DNA of 64,000 bases, taken from the NCBI GenBank assembly GCA_965644315.1, contig CBFFRQ010000062.1, positions 496,001 through 560,000 of the forward strand. Reading direction: 5' to 3'. The translations under genes and the position numbers were made by a program. The notes under the pieces are model-generated. The model did not search any database, was not told where the DNA came from, and was given only the letters and a program-made list of their open reading frames with translations. Within the stretch, counting starts at the first letter, position 1; every line of letters starts with the position of its first letter. This document shows positions 56,476 to 64,000 of this stretch, piece after piece. This DNA comes from Caecitellus pseudoparvulus. Taxonomy: Eukaryota; Protista; Bigyra: Bicosoecida.

Positions 56476-59400
56476 ATGGCAGCGGCAGCACCTTCTGCAA
56501 CCGACGCCGTGGCAAGCGTTGTTGAACATCCTGGAGCCAACTTACAGCAGTATGAGACGGCTGAGCAACTACTGCAAGAGTGCAGGAACCTCATGCACGA
56601 AGTTCTGATCCGGTACGAGCACCTCCTTGATGAAGACTCGCCCAAAGGCAGGTTTCTAGGGAAGCTGTACGAGTTTCGGGAAGCACTTGACACAAAGCCC
56701 AAGGAGCATGACAAGTTCCCGCGAGACTTGAGCTCAATTAGAGCTACTCTTTTCGAGCATGTTGCTGCCACCACACGGGACTCTGATGTGTTTGATTTCC
56801 TCGGAAAGACGAACGCCTCCTCAAGCGAGGTTGCCGAGTGCTGCCGAAGCGTCATCGAGCTCTGCAATGATCTGCTCGAGCACAACCTGGAGCTGGCAGA
56901 AGGAGGGATGTTGGGAAAGGATATCCTAAATGGCGGATCTGACTTGGTTGAAGGGCTGAAGCAACTCAACGAAGATCGGAGGATTGCCCAGCTTAGAGCA
57001 CTGAAAGAGCTTGTCACAAGCGCTCGAGGCATCTTCAACGAGGACCTCAGGGCCTGGCTCACGGCACTGAAACAAAGCGCGGCTTTCTTTCAGCAAGAAG
57101 GTATGGCAAGCATCCGTAGTGAGTCTTCCGCTGGGGCTGCGAGCCCCACCGAGTGCCTCGTTGACGACGCCGCGTTCGGCGCGCTCGACGTGCCAACTTC
57201 TTCGTGTGGGGAAGCGGGGCACCCGCTCTTCCCGCTAATCCAAGCGTGCAAAGCTGCGTGCCTGCTCACCGGTGCCCCTCTTCAGATCTCCGACGACCTT
57301 TTGCAAGGAGTCAACCAGCTTCTGAAGTTCATGCGCGATGTCACCCAGAGTCCAGGAGAGCCAGCCCCTGCACTCTCCACTGTGACTGAATTCGTCACAA
57401 TGGTGGAAATGTGGCTTGATCAGAACTTGCCCCAGGGTGGAGGTCCCGCAAAAGCCTTTGGTCGTCCGAACTTAGGTGGGATCGCAAGCCTCGGCAGAGA
57501 CTGCGCATTGCTGCTCGAGAGCGAGAGCTTCGACTCACCCACTCCAAGCCAAGACTCTTGGCCAGCTCTGCCCTTCTCAGAATTTGAAGCACAGGATGCC
57601 GGGCAACAGAAAACGATGCGGCATGTTCTACGGCTGTATAGCAACTTGAAGTGCGTCTTCCCACAGGGCTGCCAGCGCAGTGAAGGTGCCATTGAGCAAG
57701 GTGACCAGAACCTGCCGTCATCTCGGACTCCAGAACATGTGAAGGGCACCTGGTGCACACTTTCAGAGGAAGGAGTCCCTCAGGATGTGTGGAAAGTGTT
57801 TGAGCTGGGAAAAAGGCACAGGAACTTCCAGGGTTACTGCGTGAACCTAAAGGGCATCCTCAAGCAAGTCTCCCGTGAGGCGTTCTTGACAAAGCAAGTG
57901 CTCAGCTGCCGAGGACAGTTCGGATTGAAACGGGAGGTGGACTTGGAAATGACAGCGTTTCCAGAGTTTCACGAAGCAAGGGCGTCCACGAAGCTTGGGT
58001 TCAAGTTCATCACCCCCTACATCCATGGACTCAGCCTGGAGAACCTGAGACAACTTCCCCTCTGGGCCAGTGTGCCCATCGAAACGAAGCTGAAGTTGTG
58101 CGGCATGGCTTTGGATGAAGTCGCTGCACTGCACAGCTCCGGGACGTGCCACTTGGACCTGAAGCCAGCCAACATGATACTCAACCTGGCGCTGGGAGGT
58201 GAAGTGCTGGATGCTGTACTTGACTTGAGCCTCGACCCCACCCAAGGGTTGCAAAGGGTGGGCGACTTGACGCTTGAAGAGATCGAGAGTGAGCTCTTGA
58301 CAGCCATTGTGGCGCAGGTGCACAGTGGAGCAGCTCGCGTGTGCATCATTGATTGCGAAGGCTGCATGGTGGCAACATCTGATGGCCAGTCTGTGAGGCA
58401 GGTAGTCCAGACCTTCTCATTATCGAAGAACCTGAAGGTGTTGGGGACTGCAGCATTCACCCCGCCTGAGATTGCGAATCCCAAAGACCCCGACTTCAAA
58501 CACCTTTCCATGGGGGACGTCATGGCTTGGGACCTGTGGAGCATGGCCTGTCTTGCCCTCGCAATGCTTGGCTTCGACCTGCCATCGAGCGGCTTAGAAG
58601 GCGTTAAACATAGTGGGATTTTGGCACAGCTGGGAGAGGAAGGTGACACAGCGCCACTGGCCTTGCTACGTGAAGATGGAGGCTTGCCGTCTGATGACGT
58701 GTCAAAGTTTCTGAGAGCTTCTGGGCTCGGGGGCGTTGTGCGGAAGCTCCTTGACCCAGACTTCAGCAATCGCCTTCTGTCTGAAAGACGGGAAAGGGAA
58801 ACCTCAGGCGAAGCTGCTGACGCATGTGCAGGGGATGGCAGCTCACGGCCGGAATTTCCCCGCTCCATGTGGGGGATCGCAACCAAGCAAGCAAGTGCTG
58901 CGTTTCTCGAAGCTGCCGAGCGCGTTGGAGCACGGCCGGGCTCAAGGCATGCTTTGGTACAGGAGTTGCCATGTGAGAAGGGCTGTGTGTACCTTGCCTT
59001 CAAACAAGTTGTGGAAGCAGGGCAGGTCCCACCGCGGTGTGTACTTCCTCTGAGCGAAGAGGTGCTGGCTTTGCCCGTGTTTTTACGCCTGCTGGAGGGT
59101 AAGGTGACAGAGAAGAGCCCGGGGCGAGTTGTCGACCTCAGGGCAGTGGTTGGGCCGTGCCAAAGCACACAAGGATGGGCCAGCGTGGACGTCTGCCATG
59201 CGCTGGCGAAAGTGCTGGAGGCCATGGGAGTGCCGGATGCAGGTGCAGGGGACGCCAGTCCGTCAGATGAAAGTCAACCAACCATGCTTTCACTTTTAGT
59301 GGTTTCAGAACTTGTGAAGGATCTCCGCTACCATGGCAATGAGGAAGTTTGGGGACGGATTCGCGAGGTTATCACGAACGATTCCCTGGCGGTTCTTGAC

Positions 59401-60450
59401 TCAGCTTGCGGCAGTCGAAGCGCTGACGCAGTGCTGAGCCCCGGCGGTGCGGCAACTCGCACGTTTAAATGGTCATACCCACAGTCAGGCAAGTCGACAA
59501 ACCTGCTGCTGCGTCTGCTGCAAGCGACAGTCGATGCAATTGCTGGTGCAGACATGCACGCGGGCTCTGAGCCTGGCCTCCTCGAGAAGGTGAAGGAGTT
59601 CTTGAACGTAGCCCTCTTGAACCCGGCAGCAGTCCAAGAACTGGTGGGTGGGGTGCGATCTGAGAGTGTCGCGTCTGAAGTGGTGGCTGCTTCAGAGGCT
59701 CTGAAGGACCTTTCTGACTATCCAGGCATTGTAGCAGTTGCAACAGACATCACGCGTGCATTCCAGGCCCAAGCTATTACGCTGGAAAGCTGCTGCCGAA
59801 GCATCTTGGAAGGGGAGGCAGACTCCAAGGCTGCTCTTCAGCAGCTGGAACAGTTGAGCGAGGGAAGTGCGCCTGAAGTGTGTGGTATTGCCACCGCGAG
59901 CGGCGAAGCAAAGAAACCGGCGAGGCAAAACGCACGCGGCGACCTTGTGCAGTTGGTCAAACGCTGCTTGCTGGGTCAGGATCAGTGCGACGCGTGGGAC
60001 AAACTCAAACAGGACAGAGATCGACTGTTGCGGGCACTCCGCGTGCTGGAGAAACCCAAGCAGATGGACATTGAATGGCTGCTTCTGGCTGCCGTGTGCA
60101 AGTGGTGCAAGGAGCTTGGAGATGGCGACTCCGCGGAGCTTCTAGAAGCTGTGTGGGAAGCTGTGGACTCATGCTTGGAAGCCGAGACTTCTGTTGAAGT
60201 GCCAGTGGCCCCGATTAAGTACCTGCTGACTGCCAGAGTTGAGTTGGAGCGTGACGTCTGCGTTGATCTCGAAGCGCTCATGGAAAGCCGGGCAGGGAAA
60301 CTCGCCCTGGCCATCTTCGCCTCCGGGGATGGGGCAGCAGTCGACGAGACCTTTGCGCTGCTGCTCCATCCACTGGAGACAAAACTGCAAGCTGGCTGTG
60401 AGAGTGTGGAAGAGTTGGAGAAAGAGCTTGCCGATGCGAAAGCAGCCTAG
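56476..60450 (+). CDS. Atypical Ser/Thr protein kinase-domain protein with long helical flanks
   Basis: FITPYIHG, LHSSGTCHLDLKPANMI, IIDCEG (DFG position), GTAAFTPPE and WDLWSMAC. Continuous ORF with ATG at 56476. Confidence 0.8.
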   Translation: MAAAAPSATDAVASVVEHPGANLQQYETAEQLLQECRNLMHEVLIRYEHLLDEDSPKGRFLGKLYEFREALDTKPKEHDKFPRDLSSIRATLFEHVAATTRDSDVFDFLGKTNASSSEVAECCRSVIELCNDLLEHNLELAEGGMLGKDILNGGSDLVEGLKQLNEDRRIAQLRALKELVTSARGIFNEDLRAWLTALKQSAAFFQQEGMASIRSESSAGAASPTECLVDDAAFGALDVPTSSCGEAGHPLFPLIQACKAACLLTGAPLQISDDLLQGVNQLLKFMRDVTQSPGEPAPALSTVTEFVTMVEMWLDQNLPQGGGPAKAFGRPNLGGIASLGRDCALLLESESFDSPTPSQDSWPALPFSEFEAQDAGQQKTMRHVLRLYSNLKCVFPQGCQRSEGAIEQGDQNLPSSRTPEHVKGTWCTLSEEGVPQDVWKVFELGKRHRNFQGYCVNLKGILKQVSREAFLTKQVLSCRGQFGLKREVDLEMTAFPEFHEARASTKLGFKFITPYIHGLSLENLRQLPLWASVPIETKLKLCGMALDEVAALHSSGTCHLDLKPANMILNLALGGEVLDAVLDLSLDPTQGLQRVGDLTLEEIESELLTAIVAQVHSGAARVCIIDCEGCMVATSDGQSVRQVVQTFSLSKNLKVLGTAAFTPPEIANPKDPDFKHLSMGDVMAWDLWSMACLALAMLGFDLPSSGLEGVKHSGILAQLGEEGDTAPLALLREDGGLPSDDVSKFLRASGLGGVVRKLLDPDFSNRLLSERRERETSGEAADACAGDGSSRPEFPRSMWGIATKQASAAFLEAAERVGARPGSRHALVQELPCEKGCVYLAFKQVVEAGQVPPRCVLPLSEEVLALPVFLRLLEGKVTEKSPGRVVDLRAVVGPCQSTQGWASVDVCHALAKVLEAMGVPDAGAGDASPSDESQPTMLSLLVVSELVKDLRYHGNEEVWGRIREVITNDSLAVLDSACGSRSADAVLSPGGAATRTFKWSYPQSGKSTNLLLRLLQATVDAIAGADMHAGSEPGLLEKVKEFLNVALLNPAAVQELVGGVRSESVASEVVAASEALKDLSDYPGIVAVATDITRAFQAQAITLESCCRSILEGEADSKAALQQLEQLSEGSAPEVCGIATASGEAKKPARQNARGDLVQLVKRCLLGQDQCDAWDKLKQDRDRLLRALRVLEKPKQMDIEWLLLAAVCKWCKELGDGDSAELLEAVWEAVDSCLEAETSVEVPVAPIKYLLTARVELERDVCVDLEALMESRAGKLALAIFASGDGAAVDETFALLLHPLETKLQAGCESVEELEKELADAKAA

Positions 60451-60837
60451 GCTGCAGGATGCCACAGAGGGAAGAGCGTCGCAATGCAGTTTGAGGATTT
60501 CCAAGGGAAGGTTGCTGCCAGGGCAGGCTTACGATTTGCCTCAGATCAGTTGCTTGTTTTCACCTGCACTCCTCTCACCGAATCAGGAACTGGTTCCACG
60601 CCACAGAAAGGGCTTTGAAGTTGTCCTCCAGCTGTGGATGAGGAGATGCCCATCATTCAACCAACTGGACAGCCTTTTACTCATTCAAACTTACCAATTC
60701 TAGCTTCCACTGAGTCGCCATCGCAAGTTGGGAGCTTTGCTTGTCCATCGCACTGCCAGCATGCATAGAATCTCGGCTCGGGCTTTGAATCCGAAGAGAA
60801 GCCAGGCCAGGCACCCCATGAAGGTGGCCCTTCAACC

Positions 60838-63558
60838 TCAGACCCTACCTGCAGCTGCACCAGCTTCGTGAGCCGCATCGGAATCGCCGTCTTCAGGGGT
60901 ACCTCCCTCAGCACCTGCTGCAAGCACGCTGGCAACCCTTTGGTCCGACGAAAGAGAAGAAAGACACAACTTTCCGAGCCTCATCAGAAGTTCGTCCGTC
61001 CACGGAAACTCGTCCCAGTCATCATCAGCCTCTTGAGGACCTTCCCTGGGAGGAGTTTCGGGGGCTTGCGCGGGATTGTGGGTTTGGGAACCAGAAATAT
61101 CAGCGTCATCTAGCTCCTTGGCTGCACCACTGGCGGCCGCACAGCCCATGGCTGGACTCTCCGCAACCTCAGAGCTTGCTGACGCAACAGGCGGCGTCGG
61201 GCCCCCCTCGCTTCTTTGGCTCTCTGAATCTCCATCCTCGGAGTGTGTCTCCCTTCCCTCTGCGTCGACCGGACCTACTCTCCCCTTCAGTGCGTCCAGA
61301 AGGGCTTTCCAAGCACGTTGCCGCCCTTGCAGGTCCGACTCTCCCTCTTCAGGAACCGCAAGTTGGGCCAGGTTTCGAACTAGGGCCCGGAATTCCGGAT
61401 TCGACAGAAGCTGCAGCACAGAAGGCTTCAATACGCTGCGTGGGGCGACATTCATGGAAACATTGAGCACGACTCGCTCACTCGCTCCAGCGGCCAAACA
61501 TGCACTGCCCACAATCATGCACCCCGCAGCACACGCTAGAAAGCCCAATTCTAGGGAAGAAGAGACTCCATTCTGCACTCGCGTGATAAAGGCCCAGCTG
61601 CCCAAAACAAGCTGAGCAAGTGAAAGAGCGGAGAATAGCGAGAAGACCACCAAGCTGGCACATTTGAAGTGCGTTTTATGGCTGGCTTCGCGCCTAAGCA
61701 GGTCGCCCTGCTTGACCTGCTTCCCCAACACCCCGAAAGCACTTTCAAAGAGCCAGCCAACATGTGCCCAGGAGGGAGAACGGAGGTGGGCGTGTGCAGG
61801 GTCTCGATCCACTGCACCAGCTTTCACCACCTCACGCAGGCTCGGAGGTGGTGGGCGCCTGAAAAACTCAGGCGAGCTGTTTTCGGCCTGGAATGCATGC
61901 ACACACTTTAACAACGCAAACAGGAATGCACCACGCAACTCAATTTCGCTCGACGATGGCTGAAGTTTGGTCTTCTGATAGAAGGGGGTTTGGAGGCAAG
62001 CCACCAACGCCTCCATGGCAGAGCTAGGTGGGAACTCCCGGCTCCCATCCACTCGCGGCGATTCCACGTCCCCATTTGACACCATGGGGCTGAAATACTT
62101 CGATCCCTCATTGCGGCGAAAGAGGAACGCAGAATCAGGAGGATAGTACATGTTGAACCAGAGGGTGATACAGGAAAGCGAGGCTGTGCAGACAGCGTAG
62201 CCGAAGACCGGGAAGAGCAGGAGGAACAGTGGGTAGACCTCCCAGTGGCCACGTGCGTTGCCTCTGGACGAGCACACGCGCGGGTACATGAACAGCGCTG
62301 CCACCACTCCCACTGACAATGCAAGCTTTGTGAGAGACACCCATTGCCACCCAACCATGGCGCCATTCACGTCGAAGCACAGCCAAGGCACCGCTCGACC
62401 AGCCACCGTGCAGTCCGTGCTTGGATCTTGAAATGCAGACAGTGTCAGCGACGTGCAAGTCATCGTGAGCATGAGTATGTCAGCACAGCCAAGCAACAGT
62501 TTACCAAAGAAGGCCGCTGTAGACACGCTGTGAGCGAAAGTGAAGGCAGCGTATGCGACTGTGAATGCTGAGCACGCCACACCGGCGAGGCGGATGTTCT
62601 CGAAGTACGGCCGCGATTCGATACCCCGTGGAACGTCGTCCGAGATGGAGGCCAGCTGCACTAGCATCATCGGGAAAGCGATGGCGACGCACTCCAAGAC
62701 AACAAGGTGCGCCACCTGCGCTTTATTCTTCTTCTTCGTCTCTTTATCCCCTTCTTGGTTGCCTTCGGAAATCCACATCGCCAAACGTGCCCAGACACCA
62801 AACAAGGGCTGAAAGATCACAAACAGCACAAATTGAAACACAAGCGACAGTGCTGACTGCCTTCTTGGAGTCTCCCGCTGCGGCGATTGGTGCGAAGACG
62901 AACCGCAACGCGCGCACGAAAGTTCCCAGCACATGCTTGACACTCTTTCGTACTGCGTTTCAAAGGAAGTCTCAGGAACGACGTTCCTGCCTTCATCACG
63001 CTTGCTCGAAAACACCAAGCAGACGGCTGTCATGGCCAGGTACACGCCAACCGTGACGCTGGCGTACACCAGCACAACGATTGCTACCCTGCCGATGAAT
63101 CGCTGGGATGCCAGCGGCGACTGCAGTGAGCCGATGATGAAGCTGATGTGAAAAAAGTACGAGACTGTCATCACTGAAGCCGCGCAGGCCAGCAAAATGT
63201 ACCGGATGTAGGAACCTGCCTTGGAGCAGCATGAAGTTGATAGCAACCTCGAGATGAGTGAAGTCAAGAAGGAGCAGGAGCAGCAACAGGAACCATCAGA
63301 GGGGGTATACTCGCCTCCAAGTCTTGTGCGAAGGTCTTCCAGAGTGATCTCGTCGGGAGTGGGGGGGGGGGCGTGTATTGCTGGCAACGGGCTATTTCCG
63401 CCACGCAAGGGTGCCAACGCTTTTCGGTCTCCTTTGGACTCCCCGCCGTCAGCTGAGGATGCTGCTGAGAGGGAGCTCATCGGGCGGGAAACATCAACAT
63501 CGGGACGCCCCGCTGGCAAAAGTGCGGGAGAAGGGTAGGCCTCCGGGCTGTGTGCCAT
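60838..63558 (-). CDS. Multi-pass membrane protein, XK-related (scramblase family)-like
   Basis: About 9-10 hydrophobic helices. LVVLECVAIAFPMMLVQL resembles the XK ExxxExxPQxxLQ motif. Cys-rich N-terminal cluster; continuous 906-aa ORF. Confidence 0.5.
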   Translation of the reverse strand: MAHSPEAYPSPALLPAGRPDVDVSRPMSSLSAASSADGGESKGDRKALAPLRGGNSPLPAIHAPPPTPDEITLEDLRTRLGGEYTPSDGSCCCSCSFLTSLISRLLSTSCCSKAGSYIRYILLACAASVMTVSYFFHISFIIGSLQSPLASQRFIGRVAIVVLVYASVTVGVYLAMTAVCLVFSSKRDEGRNVVPETSFETQYERVSSMCWELSCARCGSSSHQSPQRETPRRQSALSLVFQFVLFVIFQPLFGVWARLAMWISEGNQEGDKETKKKNKAQVAHLVVLECVAIAFPMMLVQLASISDDVPRGIESRPYFENIRLAGVACSAFTVAYAAFTFAHSVSTAAFFGKLLLGCADILMLTMTCTSLTLSAFQDPSTDCTVAGRAVPWLCFDVNGAMVGWQWVSLTKLALSVGVVAALFMYPRVCSSRGNARGHWEVYPLFLLLFPVFGYAVCTASLSCITLWFNMYYPPDSAFLFRRNEGSKYFSPMVSNGDVESPRVDGSREFPPSSAMEALVACLQTPFYQKTKLQPSSSEIELRGAFLFALLKCVHAFQAENSSPEFFRRPPPPSLREVVKAGAVDRDPAHAHLRSPSWAHVGWLFESAFGVLGKQVKQGDLLRREASHKTHFKCASLVVFSLFSALSLAQLVLGSWAFITRVQNGVSSSLELGFLACAAGCMIVGSACLAAGASERVVLNVSMNVAPRSVLKPSVLQLLSNPEFRALVRNLAQLAVPEEGESDLQGRQRAWKALLDALKGRVGPVDAEGRETHSEDGDSESQRSEGGPTPPVASASSEVAESPAMGCAAASGAAKELDDADISGSQTHNPAQAPETPPREGPQEADDDWDEFPWTDELLMRLGKLCLSSLSSDQRVASVLAAGAEGGTPEDGDSDAAHEAGAAAGRV

Positions 63559-64000
63559 CGTCGAAACGTGAGATTGCTCAGAGCTGGTTGCAGTCCCCGA
63601 CCTTGTGAGGTGGTCAGAGTTGGCTGTGAGAGGAGCGAAACAGTCCAGAGCCCGTGCAACTTCCGTGGAAACTGCTGAAAATGTGTTTGGGTATTGTGAT
63701 TTGATTGTGAGCGCTTCAGAGACATGACAGGGAGGGGCACGCTATCTGCAACTCTTATCAAGCTGAACTGCTGGAACGTGGCACCATCAACAAGCTCACA
63801 GCGCCCCCAGTTCAGTGCAGCATCAATGCAGGGGTAGTATTTGCTCTGTTGGCAAGCTGCGGGCGTGCTGCATGCCCTTACATGCTCTCTGTGGGTGCGG
63901 GTTGTATGGGAGGAGAGATCAAAACCTGGCAGCACGGGCTGAGGACGGCAACGGGTGCCGCCCGAGAGCTTCCCAGACTGGTCACGCTGTGAGTGGGGTT

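Noticed and set aside
56150-64000. Endogenous virophage, Polinton or retrotransposon in the lower-GC block
   Set aside because: No capsid, integrase, polymerase or reverse-transcriptase motifs and no terminal repeats are seen; the GC drop is modest.
1-64000. tRNA, rRNA or CRISPR arrays
   Set aside because: No cloverleaf/T-loop signature, rRNA-like stretch or regularly spaced repeat-spacer array was found by eye; a covariance-model scan would be needed to exclude them fully.

Overview
Gene-dense, GC-rich eukaryotic DNA with short (about 60-90 nt) GT-AG introns whose donors are mostly GTGCGT, GTGAGT or GTACGT. Many true starts and exon joins are therefore missing from the ORF track, and I rebuilt them by hand. 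IFT81 and DNAAF9 indicate a flagellated cell and ALAS suggests heterotrophy; a heterotrophic protist such as a bicosoecid-like stramenopile is an inference only. About 23 protein genes are present, including TFIIIC tau95, ALAS, LAMTOR1, archease, a four-pseudo-RRM protein, a BTB protein, a cyclophilin-HAS1/DDX18 helicase fusion, SRP receptor beta, UFD1, a PTPMT1-like phosphatase, a PH-EF-CLU protein, COX10, IFT81, EAF6, a COPI-associated protein, TANGO6, an F-box-like protein, DNAAF9, an atypical kinase and an XK-like membrane protein. The most striking signal is a family of three ~1,450-aa TmcB-like (multi-TM + TPR-like + PAS) genes built as mosaics. Blocks that are nearly identical at the DNA level, and often extremely G-skewed, alternate at sharp borders with saturated but length-conserved variable cassettes covering the transmembrane segments. 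Two copies sit tail-to-tail as a ~8 kb palindrome, which could permit gene conversion or inversion-based cassette shuffling. Other highlights are an intronic box C/D snoRNA in the helicase fusion gene, animal-type heme-regulatory motifs in ALAS, and a lower-GC, intron-free block at the right end. All family assignments come from motif recognition, not database searches.
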